The notes beneath the pieces were generated by a model. That model was not told the origin of the DNA. It did no database searches and saw nothing but the letters and a program-made list of their open reading frames with translations. Shown in pieces: positions 38,301-50,899 of a DNA stretch of 64,000 bases. The stretch comes from Nageia nagi (Eukaryota > Plantae > Pinophyta): the NCBI GenBank assembly GCA_050084985.1, contig JBITNC010000001.1, forward strand, positions 215,884,001 to 215,948,000, given 5' to 3'. A program made the position numbers and the translations under genes. Every line of letters starts with the position of its first letter. Position 1 is the stretch's first letter.

Positions 38301-41100
38301 ATTTTTGATGAAGGGTGAGAGCATTATAATAAAAAATTGCAATAAAAAGTGTTGGTAGATGAGATTTTGGAGGAGAAATAACCATAAAAAGTGCAACCCA
38401 ACCATGTTGTGACTCGAAAAAATAAAGGACAACCATAAAATGAGAGTGTTCCAAGCTCACCAAGAACCTCTAGCTCCACCACATCACCAAAAAGTGTGAG
38501 TGTACCAAACTCACCTAATGAAAGGATGATGAATCAAGGTAACAAAGGTAAGAGATGGTTGAAGGATCACCTACCAAATTAAATCATAGATGGTAACACC
38601 ATGAGGAGAATTACAAGGAGCCAAACCTAAGAGATGTAAAATCTAGTTACAAGGCTAGAGAACATTTAGTTTTAGATAGAGATAAAGATAGTGGAGAGCC
38701 CAAAGGAGAAATGGTAAGCTATATACTTTACTCATCTATTTCAAAATTTATTTCAAATGCAACTATTATTGAGCCATCTTGTTATAAAGAAGCTTGTTCT
38801 AATGTTGTTTGGATGCAAGCTATGAAAGAGGAGATTGATGCTATTGAGAGGAATGGTAGTTGGGAACTTTATGAGTTTCCCAAAGGTAAAAAGGTTGTAT
38901 GGTTCCAAGTGGGTGTATAAATCAAAATGTTGTGATAGGAGCATTGAAAGGTACAAAGAAAGGTTAGTGGCAAAAGGATTCACACAACAATATGGTGTGG
39001 ATTTTAAGGAGACATTTGCACCTATTGCAAGATAAGAAATAATAAGATTAGTACTCTCTTTGGCTATAAGAAAAAGTTGGATAATCCAACACAAGGATGT
39101 AAAGAGTGCCTTTCTCAATGGGTACATCTATGAAGAGGTGTATGTAGCACAACTTGAAGGCTTTGAGGTTAAAGGAAGAGAATACCAAGTGTATAAACTC
39201 AAGAAGGCATTGTATGGGCTAAAGTAAGATCCAAGAGCTTGGTACACAAGAATTGATGGATACTTCAAGAATGTGGGCTTTCAAAGAAGTGTAAGTGAGC
39301 CTACATTGTATTTTAAGAAATATGGATATGATATTTTGATTATTTGTTTGTATCTATATGATTTGATCTTCATGGGAAGCAATAACAAGATGAATGAAGA
39401 TTTTAAAACTCAAATGATGGTTGAGTTTGGAATGAAAGATCTTGGTTTGATGAGCTACTTCCTTAGCTTGGAGGTGAATCAAACAAAAGAAGAGATATTT
39501 GTGTCCCAATCCAAATATGCACATGATATGTTAAAGAAGTTCAAAATAGATAATTGCATACCTGTTGCAACACCTAAAACCCATGGAGAACATCTTTGCA
39601 AAGAAGTTGGAACACCAAAAGTGAATAAAGAAGAGTATATGAGTATTATTGGAAGTCTCATGTTTATAACAAATACAAGGCCAAATTTGCAATTTAGTGT
39701 TTCATTGGTTGTAAGGTATATAAGTGATTCATATATTATCCATCTCAAGGTAGTGAGGAGAATCATCAAATATGTGAAGGGAAAAATCAATTTTGGAATA
39801 CATTACACATGTAATTCCAAGTTCAAACTCACAGATTTTAGTGATAGTGATTGGGGCAATGATTTGGATGATAGAAAGAGCATAAATGGGAATTACTTCT
39901 CTCTTAAATCAAGTCTAATATCATGGAGCTTAAGAAAATAATCCATTATAGCTCTTTCAAGTACTAAGGCTGAGTTTGTAGCTATGACAAGTGCTTCAAC
40001 ACAAGTTTTGTGGTTGAGAAAGGTGTTGAAGAATATTGGAGAGGAGAAAAAATATGCAATTATCATTTTTTATGATAACCAAGGGGCCATTAAGTTGGCA
40101 CAAAATCCTATCTATCATTCCAGAATAAAAATTTTTGATTTGAAGATATATTTCATTCAATATTTGGTGGAGTAAAATTGAGGTATTTTTCAACACAATA
40201 TTAAGTGGCTAATATATTCACTAAATATGTGGAAAAATCTCAATTTGTGCTACTAAGAAATTTAATTATTGGTCCTCTTATCAATAAGGGGGAGTATGAA
40301 AAGTTTCATGATGTAAAGAAATCTTAATTATACTCAAAAATCTAATTTCCATGCTTATTATTTTTGCTTTCATGTAAAGACTATGAGTTGGTGCCTTGTA
40401 GACTGACTTGGCCAATCAATTTGACCTTTAGAATCAACATACTGACTAGTCAATTGGCCTATCATCTAGTATTGAATACTATTTTTTTTTTTTGAGTTAT
40501 TTTATCTTCATTTGTTTTCTCATTTTTAGCTTTATAAAGGAATATGAAATGAACATTCAAGGTCACCCATAGCTTGTGAATTGTATTTATTCCTTATTCT
40601 AAGTTATAATGACTATTGAAGTGTATTCTCAAGTTCAATAACATGTTCATTGGTGTTGTGTTAAATTTTGAGTTATTTTATGTCCATTGATGAATGCATT
40701 CTTAACCATTTGAATTATAGAATACTTTTGCTATATATTTTCTTGAGTAATTTAGTTATTTGTTTATTCTAATTAACTTAATCGATTAGCAAACTAGCAT
40801 GCCAACTAGTTTTATGTTTTAATTTTTTTGAATAAATCTTTTTCTATTCATTTCTTACTTTCATGAGTATAATATGAAGTGAACAGTCTAGTCATTCTCA
40901 ACCTGCTAAATTTATATATTTTTAATTCTAAGATATTTAGATAGTTGGAGGTATTTCAATAAAGTTTATCCAAGTTTGTTGGTTGTTTATGAAATTGTGA
41001 AACTCTATTGATGAATGCATTCTTACCTTGAGTTGCAGAACTAAGTTTGCCATTGGGTCACTTATGCAATTCATTTATTTGTTTACGTTAAAACACTTCA
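32375..41100 (+). mobile_element. Ty1/copia element A (LTRs 32375-32795 and 35395-35546 + 40787-41100), integrase deleted
   Basis: TG..CA LTRs, TSD ttttt/ttttt, decayed tRNA-Met PBS, PPT gcaagggggagta. gag (KEVKLQTSRREFENLKQ), protease (WLLDIGCINHM), RT/RNase H with many stops. Confidence 0.9.
35547..40781 (+). mobile_element. Ty1/copia element B (same family as A), full-length but decayed, inserted in the 3' LTR of A
   Basis: LTRs 35547-36038 and 40297-40781, TSD ttgat/tcgat, PBS gggtatcagag, PPT aagggggagta. gag, PR, IN (FIDDFHRMCWAYF, HLRVFGCLAY), RT ([26 protein letters not shown]), RNase H. Confidence 0.92.
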
Positions 41101-42389
41101 TTTTTTATCAAGTAATTTTTTAGAACTTGTAATGCATTATTGTAAGGTCTCTTAATGTAATTCACTTAATACTTAAGGGTGTATTTAGATATCTTAAGTA
41201 TTTAGTGAATGTAATAATGTAACTTGTCCTACACTCCATCTCATGAGCATGCCCCTTGGGTAAAATGATGATGCATGTCATGAATTTGTACAACGGTTAA
41301 TAAGGTGATCCAAGGGATGATTTTTGTCTATAAATAGAGGGCCTTTTCCTTGAGATCATACACTTAGAGAAACATGAAAATGCTAGTCTTGTAGAGTTAA
41401 AGGAATGATATTGTAGGAATTTTGTAGGAGAATTTTTGTAGAATAATTCTTGAGAATTTGTAAGAGAATTCTTGTAGAAGAATTCTTGAGAATTTGTAGG
41501 AGAATTCTTGAGAATTTGTAGGAGAGTTCACTTATGAGAAATAATAAAAAATATGATTCAAATGAATGTACTCCCGTGATGGAGGAACCATTATACATGG
41601 TGTGTTTCATTGTGAATGAAATTGTGTTTTTTGTATTGAAAATTTAAAGAATCCTTAAAGGTGATCTTGGTTATGGAATCATGCAATTCCATCATTTGGT
41701 AATCAGAGCCTCCTTGAAGATCTTTTTTTTTAAGGTAAAATCCACTCAAGGTATAGCTCTCATCCTCTCTCTAGATTCTTTGGAGCTATTTCAAATCTAA
41801 CATACTTATTATATGTTAATTACATTTAAAAAAAATTGTACAAATTTACACACCTTTTATTTTCTACAATATCATTTTTTATGTATATCATATTATATAA
41901 TTCCTTGAGAGGAATTTTATAGAATTAGTGTAAATTTCTTCCTAGAATATGCAAATCCCTTTTATATTGTAACTTTTTTTTGTTTACAAAAATAACAATA
42001 AAAAAGGAAAGCATTTTTTAAAAAAAAGGGGAAAAATTTTGAACACCTACATTTTTTTTAAAAAAGGGGGAAGGTTCTAATCACCTACCTTATAATTGAT
42101 GAAAATTTCATTTTCAAATAATATTTTTTTTTATTAAAATGAAGTTTTTTTTAACAATAATAACAATAATGTCATTGCTTTGGTGGCCTGTTCCACCACC
42201 ACTGTGCCTTCTCCTACTGTGCCCTTTGGCTTAACCCTCGCATGGTCCTTTATTCCTCACGTAGCCTCATTTTGGTACCAATAGGGCAATGGGTTATTAG
42301 CTTTCTTGCTGGGTGCATAACCGTCATAGCCCTTTCCCCCTGCTTATGGACCTTTGTAAGAATGGCCCTATAAGGGAATAAGTGTGTTC

Positions 42390-42970
42390 ATAGTACCAGC
42401 CAAATGCAAGGGTAACTGAATAATCTTGGATAAGCTCTCTACCTCTAATATATATACTAAAGTTCTATAGGTTTATCCTTTAGAGATGATCCCTCACCCC
42501 ATTAGGATGATGAACATAAGCAACTGGCATACCTGCAATTATCTCTTTGATCTCTACTAAATATGACTCATATGCAGCCTCCCTTTGGTGTTCTTCCTTC
42601 TGCTACCTTTGTTCTAATTTAGCACGATCACATTCATATATAAGAGGACCATCCTGTGTATCAATTGACATAGGAGGTTAATCTTGGGCCAGTCCATCAT
42701 ATATTCAAACTGGAGTTGTAATATTTTGAATGCCTTTCTTAGTTTCTTTTTGTGTGTATCTTCCAATTCTTTCTTTCCACTTGCCACATACCAAGTGAGC
42801 CTCAGGTTCATCTTCAATGCACCCAAAATCGATAAGGAGCTTACCAACGACATTGGAGGCATCCTCCCCTTTGAGGTCGAAAGTCTTATCCTTAAGAACA
42901 TTAATTGTGTAATCCATGATGATGGTATCCACTTATGACCTAACACTTCATACATAAGTGCCCCTATGTC
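42390..42970 (-). pseudogene. ABCF3: Captured intronless 5' fragment of ABC transporter F family member 3 (GCN20-like)
   Basis: YEVLG..VDTIIMDYTINVLKD..VGKLLIDFGCIEDEPEAHLVCGK..DGPL..DRAKLEQR..REAAYESYLVE..AGMPVAYVHH..NFSIYIRGRELIQDYSVTLAFGWYY follows the plant ABCF3 N-terminus up to just before Walker A. Confidence 0.85.
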
Positions 42971-43081
42971 CCATTCATAATAAGTGTAGTGAACATTGGC
43001 TTATTGCATGTAGTTGTAGGGATCATTGAATGGAAGTGCATGTATCAATTGCATAGATTGCTTAATTTTTTAAAACTGGTC
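42971..43081 (-). pseudogene. PPO: Captured polyphenol oxidase fragment (start of the CuA region)
   Basis: KIKQSMQLIHALPFNDPYNYMQ*ANVHYTYY resembles the PPO motif KAIELMRALPxDDPRxFMQQANVHCAYC; several differences fit G>A/C>T decay. Confidence 0.7.
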
Positions 43082-46000
43082 CAATTGTTCCCCAACATCT
43101 TCTTTCTTGCAAGATGTATTCCAATGAAATATGATAATAACAAGTTACCAAAATCATTAGCTATTCTAAGTGGATCATGCTGATGGTGACAAGTCTTGCA
43201 AAGGGCAGTAAATTGCATGCATGATGCTTACTGCACATTTCTTAGGTTGAATCATACTTGACTGGGCAGGCTAACTTTATAGCCACCATATGTCCTCTAC
43301 TCCTTTCCATGATCAAATAAATGCCTCCATTTGGTTTATGCAACTACTTGTTAAGTTTTTGATGTGGAGCCCTCTAGGTTTCTATCCTTGACCAGTTCTG
43401 ATCCATGGATGCCCATGCTCCTTTAGTCTCTCATCAACTTGCGTGAAGGCTTACTTTTCATTGAGTTTTTTGCATTCTTGAAATAGTAAGTAATTTTCTA
43501 GCTACAAAGAAGGATTTTGTAGATTCTCAAGGGTATTTCCTAGGCTCTCTCTCCATATGATCAAGATCACCTCATTATGCATTCCTCCTTCTAGTTCCAA
43601 TTCCTATAAAGTACATCAAATCCATCTAGATTGAATAGTTGACCTACAAGTAGTGGCCTTTTAGTATCTAACTTGGATCTATAGGAGCACGAGGAGGCGA
43701 AACCGGGCCGTTGGAGTCTATGGTTTTCTCTAACTATCCATCTCAACCTTTATTGCTAATAATGGAATTACTCATACTTCTTCATTGCTACATTCTAAGT
43801 GGGAGATCAATAATCATTAAGTGGTATTCAGCTTTGGTCCTACTCTCGTAGCAACACTTCCATCCCTTTGTAGTAGGACCATTGATGAAAAGCATCCTCG
43901 TTTGGCCCAAACGGAGAGGAGATTATACGAATAAGGGATCCAATATTCTGCATTTGTATGTGATTTATGTCAGTTCTAGAATGAGATTGGATTCTTAGGA
44001 TATGGAATGATAGTGATCCCTATTTATTTCGTATTGATGAATCCATAAAGTGTTCCCATCCCCTTCGTTATGAAATAATTATAAATAAATGCATGTAAGC
44101 TCTATAGAATTGGTAGGTAAAGCTTTTGATTTGGGTAGAGGGGCGAGCTGCTAGGGAATGGTTGAAGTGATAATTCTAATCCATACTAGTAGATTAGTAA
44201 TGACTAACTACTCTTCCATCTGGTTGAGAATTCCTAAATAGGGTTGTATCTAAATAAAGCATAAGAATCTAGATGGTAGGGTGGCCCATATATTATTTAA
44301 AAGATGTGATAGGCCCATATATCCATATTAATGAGGAAGGAGCCTTCACCTCAAAATGATAGAAATATTTTTTATTTGTAACAAAGGGACCATATTGAAT
44401 AATGGTAGCGACGCTGCAACTCTTGCGTGCATATATACTCCATTCCATTTGGGAGACATGAGTCTTCTATATGTGTCTATTGAAACTTCTTTATAATGGA
44501 ATGAAGGTATGAAACTAGCCACTACCAAAGATATCCACTACCATCAGAAACGTAAGTGAGAAATCTATACCAAGCAAGGTCCTTTTGAATCCCTCATTCC
44601 TTTATTAAGGGAGAACAACCCTACTGTTATACGATTTATCGCAATGAAAAGGTTGCTACTGGTTCCAACTTTTGATCATTGAGATTTTGTCTATCTTAAT
44701 GTATTTGCTCAGTTATTTAGCTTTTTTACCATAGTGGTATTTAAAATTAGGAAAGTATTTAAATATTTTTGAATATGCCTTTTCTTTTTAAGGAATTTAT
44801 TTCCAAATTTCAAGTCAATAAGTTTTTTTTGTAAGATAAGATTAAAGGAGATTTATGGTTTTTGAAGATCATTTTTTTTAAAATATTATAAGGGTTTTAA
44901 TTATTATTTAATGAAAATCTATATGAATTTTTGAGGAATATTGTTGAGATTATATTATTTTTGGAGGATATTACCTTACCTTACTTAATTTCTATTTTTT
45001 TTGTTTTCAAAATAGCAAATTTTCATAGTAAGGTAATTTTGTTAGAGGACATCTTGATGTTGATTTTGGAAGCTAGTTATGGTTTCTTTATTATCTTTTG
45101 AAGGTGAAACCATAGATTTGATTATATGTTTGATTGTGTGATTACTTATTTGGAGAAGTTCTTTATCTTGTGAGGTGACAAAGAAGGCATTTTGCGATAA
45201 TCACCCTTGCATATGAAGATGGTGCCCTCATTTCTTATTGAAGGTATTTTTTTTATGTTCGCAATACTTTCGAAACACCTTTGATAAAATTTAATTAAAA
45301 TGTAAAAGGATGCATTTTTTGAAAAAGTTTTTAAATAGATTTTTTTGAAAGGAACTTAACAGATTCAAAATGTTTTAATAAAAATTAAAACTTAAATCTT
45401 ATTAAGTGATCTTATATTACACTAAGATAAATTTATATATGTTATAATTATTAATGAAGTTATCCTTAAAAGGGAGAGTTATTAACTTCATAATAAAACA
45501 TATTCCAAAATCCAAGCATCCTTTATCAAGGAGGAAATTTTGAATGTAATTGATATTTTTACCTAAACCCTAATCGCTCAAATTGATGAACTTGTCTTAA
45601 AGAAGGATTAAAGTATGAATTATTTATTCTTAGGAGATAAGTAAGTATAAGTATTAGCTTGACATCTTTGTGATGATTTACAGTGCACTACTTTTACCAT
45701 ATTATTTATTTTCACGTTGATGTAGGAACATTCATGCTTATGGATGGATGCCACATTGTTAATTATTTATTTGCTAATTATCTAAGTACTTAAAAGGTTT
45801 TTCCTTATTCAAAATTGCAAATTGTTGGAGTGGTTAAAAAGGGTTATCTTCTCCATGTCTACATAATTTTGGAGTGGTTAAAAAGGTTTGCCTTTCTCTA
45901 AAATTGTAGTTTTTTAATGGAACTTAAATCCATGTTATTGGATTAATGCTACCTTATTCCATCATATGCATCTTTACTAGTACAATGAACAAGTTGGCAT

Positions 46001-48959
46001 TTTGTGGCTTATGCATCTCGACTAGTGCCATAATCAAGATTGCATATTGTAGCTTATTCTTCATATATGCTATAATATTATTGAAGAACTTAAACTTCCA
46101 AATTGATATGTTTATAAATAGATATGAACTTATGCATCTTTGACATGTGGATTATACATTGCTTATGATATTTTTAATCAAGTTACCATTTGATACTTTG
46201 TGGCATGGTTAAGGTAACATGGTCACATGAGTATTTGATAAGTGAAGTTATCATCAATGGGGAGAAAGGAAATGTTATGATATGATGACAAATTCATACC
46301 AAAAGTAAACATAAATAATGATCTAAAATAATCAAAAGTAAAAATCAATTTTTTTTATAATGATTGGTGATCATTTTGTGCATTTGTATATATCGTATAT
46401 CCTTGGTTGATAGTGCATTTGATATTATGCACATTTGGATATTTCTATGATATGATATATCAGGGTTGTTAGTATGCATATGTGATATTATTAGATATCA
46501 TAATTAATGTTGTATGTCATATTTGATGTTGTTACAATGTATCTTACTGGTTTTATTATGAGTTGCTTATAGCTTGCAAGTTTCTTTTAAAGATTTCAGG
46601 TTACCTACTTCAAGGATGCAGGCTTATGAAAGCTCATCATGTCAACTTATTGGATGACTACTACTTGTACATTGAAATCATTTATGGTTAATTATTGTAT
46701 TTTAAATCATTTATTAAAATACTTAAGTAGTTGAGCCTTCTAGAACCATTTACATTCTATTACTTTCTCACAAGTTCTCATCTCCACTCATGGAGGAGAA
46801 ATCTCTTACTCTTTCTCTCTCTGTTTTCTCAACTCTCTACCCCAATATTACATTAAAGGGAAGTGTTAGAACTTGTAATGCATTATTGTAAGATCTTTTA
46901 ATGTAATTCACTTAATACTTAAGGGTATCCCTAGATACCTTAAATATTTAATGAATATATTAATGTAACTTGTCCTACACTCCATATCATGAGCATGCCC
47001 CTTGGGTAATAGGGTGATGCACGTCATGAATTTATGCAATGGTTTATAGGATGATCCAAGGAAGGATTTATTCCTATAAATAGAGGGCCCTCTCTTTGAA
47101 ATCACACACTTGGAGAAGCATGAAAATGTTAGTCTTGTAGAGTTGAAGAAATGCTCTTGTAGAAATTTTGTAGTAAAATTCTTTTACAAGAATTATTAAG
47201 AATTTATAGGAGAGTTGACTTGTGAGAAATAATAGAAAATATGGTTCAAGTGGATGTACTCCCATGATGGAGGAAGCACTATACATGTGTGTCTCATTAT
47301 GCATGAAATTGTATTTTTTGTGTTAAAGATTTAAGAAATCCTTCAAGGTGATCTTAGTTATGAAATCATACAATTCTAGCATAATGGATCATATTAATAC
47401 CATTTTATGATTCACATCAAGTCAACACACCTCTAGAAATACCTTGAATGTATATGACATTGAAAATCCTAATATCCAACAATCATTATAACTGTGGGAG
47501 GGGGAAATAGTCTTGAATCAAGTTTTCCTAATCAATAATTTAGCCCTTCAGTTATTTAAATCTGAATCAAAATTAAATGATCTCAAAGAGACTTCGTATA
47601 TGCCATACTTCCATATCTTAAGCACTATAGGTGCTTTAATTAGATGGTTTTATCTTTATCCCCATGTTGGATAGTATATATTTTTTATCATGATAAGATT
47701 AACCTATAGGATAATTGATTATTCTAATCATTAGAGCAATTGTTAAACGTTTCCAATGTTAGAATATTTGATTAACCTTTATCAACTTCCAACATTAAGT
47801 AACTTTATCATATTCATAAATTTATATAGAGTCTAATATAAGCAATTTTTATTGTATATGAATCATCATCTACATTTACTCAATTCAAGAAGAGAAACTA
47901 TCTAGAGTTATCATTTATATATTGTGAGACACTATTTTAATGTAATAAACTAAGATATAATTGAATTATTAATACCATGCCATTCACATATCATTAAAAT
48001 ACACCAAATTTGATTTTTATGTGAGGAAATCCTCTTGGGTTTTCACTCAAGATGCAACCCATTGTGATAGTTAAACTATCGATCATGCACCATAGAACAT
48101 GTTTATTTTACATATAAATAATAGCAAATCTCTTAAGTTTTTTTTAGTGTAATATATTACATAATTTCCAAATAAATATTAATATCCCTCCATCACTCCC
48201 CCTATAGTTAGTGAGGATCTTCTTAGTAATATGAAGGTTTTCTAAATGAGTTTTCTACACTCTATTTCTTATGCTATTTCATATCATTAAAACTTATACT
48301 TACTATATCTAGAAACTTTGAAAAATAAATACTCTTATAAATCTTAATAAGAATATATAATAAATTAATCCACTTAGGAAATTAATTTGAATTACCCAAT
48401 TATCCTTAGCAGTGCTCTTGAAAGAGAGTGTCAATTATGCATTTCAAAGTTTCAAGGGATTTATAATATTTTTCCGAAATTTTCTCTCTTAAACCTCTAA
48501 TAATTATTATCATCCTCACTTGCCAATGGGTGATTTTTGATTAAATATGATGCTTCTAAGATATGTTGGAGAAGTACACACTTGATATATAATAATTTTC
48601 TTTAATAAATATTTTTGAATTCACTTTTGGTAGAATGACATGGCTTTTTACCTAGTTTAAAATTATTTTTGTCTTTCAATTGGTCTCCCATCAATTTTCC
48701 ATGGCATGCATATGACTTTATTTTAAATAAATAATAACTAGAAATGATAGATGTAACTTTATTCAAAATAAAATATATTTAATTTTCCATGCTAAGGTAT
48801 CATCATTTAAAGATATTCTTTTCATTTATCAGAAGCCTTGCCTTAATCTTTCGCAAGGGACTTATGCATTTTTTCATATCCTTAGAAAATATGATCCTTT
48901 TCCAAACATAAGCCTTAAATTAAAATTTACCAAGGGTAATAAAAAATAGAAATAATTAG

Positions 48960-50480
48960 AGCATAGGAGGCCCTCCTAAGCCTAACCTTGTCTAGTATTA
49001 GCAACGATGGCTCTCGACTCCTACTGGGCAACAAGCAAATGTGATTAAAGGGCATATGGGGTGGTTGGCCTGCAAGGCTTGGGGGTTGCCCTAAGGTAGT
49101 TTTTACTTAACTAATCTCAAAGCTTTTTTATCTATTAAGAGAGGATTGGTCTACAGATAGAGATTATTCAAGTTCATCTCATACCCGTGGGAGGGTCATC
49201 GAAGACTCATATGTCTTCTCATAGGGGACCTAATGGCTTAGAGCATGGGATAACAATAGAATAATGGTATTGTTTCTTCATTTATTTAGCATGATGATTT
49301 AGATGAGAATTATTTACTTATTTAATCCTTATTATGCTATATTTTTTGTAGGGGTTTTGGGCTTGAAGTACTTCTTGTTGGTTCTTCTACCCTATTTTAT
49401 CAATGTGATAGTTCATTTCATGGTCGGTGGCTTAAGGTCTTGTTGAGTAAAAATGGACCCATATCAAACTTAATATATCTAGGATGATTAGAGGTGCTTG
49501 AAGTTATGGTTTTGAGTCTTCAATGGGTCCTCTATGCCTAGATCTTGATTATATCTAGTAGCACCTATTAGGCAGGGCGGGAAGGTATTTTTCTTAAAGG
49601 AAGCTATGGGGCTATTGTTTTTCTCTATCTAATTGATATTGGTCATTGAAGAAGTCTTGAAAGAGCTTCAAAAGGGAGGGTTATAAGGTCTAATCTTAAA
49701 GAGGGACATAGTAGAGGTTTGATGAGCCCTTTACTTAATGTTCCTCATGAAGGGCTATTTTGATAATGGGCTATGATTAATGAGAGATTTTGTAGTTTCA
49801 ATTTTGATCTAAGTTTTAGTTACAGTTATAAATGTGTGGGCTATATAGTTGGTGATATAAGGAACTAAGTATCCACACAAGGGAATGTTTTTTGGTTGAT
49901 AGTGCATCATTTGGGGTTTTGAAATCCTATGAAAGGGAAACTTACACAAAGTTTATGATGAAATCTAATCAAGGGAAACTATTTACCAATGAACCAATAG
50001 ATCCTTGGATAGTGCTTGGAATGAAAGATAATAATTTGGGCTTGTAATAGCAAACTTGGAGCTTAGATTTTTTGATGTATGGATGAGAATCAATCTCAAA
50101 CTTAACACTAAGTGTTGGAGGTTCCTATAAAGTATTTTCTTTGTGTTAAGATTTTTTATTTATAACACCTTTATTGTTCCAAGACCCTTATTGTTTCCTT
50201 TGGTCCTTACATAAGAAGATCATTTTAAATTTTAATTTATTTTAGTTTCTTTTCTAGTTGGGTGGATTATTTGAATTCCATGTTTCATTTAAGGAGATCC
50301 TTATTTTGAAGGAAGATGTAATGAGGGACAATACTATTTTTTATAGTTTATATTATTGGTCTTTGGTTTATTTTAAGCTTCAAGGATATATTTGATAAAA
50401 ATGTAAAAGGTTATGATTCCTTTTAAAAATATTTCGGGTTAGGATTCCTTTAAAAATCCATCCTCTAATATAATTAAAAA
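48960..50480 (+). mobile_element. Possible very old LINE ORF1-type remnant
   Basis: GC-richer decayed coding-like tract ending in a LINE-like 3' end (aaagg..ttcc..taaaaa..A-rich). No clean motif. Confidence 0.3.
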
Positions 50481-50899
50481 ATATAAATAATTATTTTTTA
50501 TATTCCATAAATGCCCTTATTCATGAATGCACACTTGACCATGTCAAAATATTTACTAATAGAACCTTGGATCCTTACCTTGACTATAGGTATATGAACC
50601 TAGTAATCATTCTTCATAAATCCCAAAAATATCAAACAAGGTTAGTTATTAAAAATCAAATTATAAGTAACAAATTTGAAGTATTTACATTCACATAAGT
50701 AATATACTAACAATAAATCATACACACTATATTGTAATCCTAATATATCATATCATTGCTTTGAAAAAATAATTATATATATCAAATAACCATAACCATA
50801 CCAAAGTTTAGCTCATTTCCAAGCTTATGCAAGCAAAACTTAATATAGTTTTAAAAGAGCAATCAAGTTCTTAGTTAATATTATTAAAAATAATTTGTT

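Larger units (their letters stand above)
41118..47381 (+). mobile_element. Non-autonomous LTR retroelement (LARD-like) with host-gene fragments
   Basis: LTRs 41118-41694 and 46864-47381, PBS tggtaatcagagcc (tRNA-Met), PPT aaagggaag, TSD taatt/taatg. No gag/pol in the 5.2-kb interior. 5' LTR has an expanded ~22-bp tandem repeat. Confidence 0.88.
31876..47481 (-). mobile_element. Solo LTR (about 600 bp net) split by two large insertions
   Basis: Termini TGTTAAAATA / TATCCAACA with TSD attat / atcat. Copia-LTR-like motif gatttacactagttcacccaatgtgggcta. Confidence 0.6.

Noticed and set aside
43090-44560. Specific identities (kinase, ZPR, aspartic protease) for other captured-looking pieces
   Set aside because: Only 4-6 residue resemblances; not supportable without a search.
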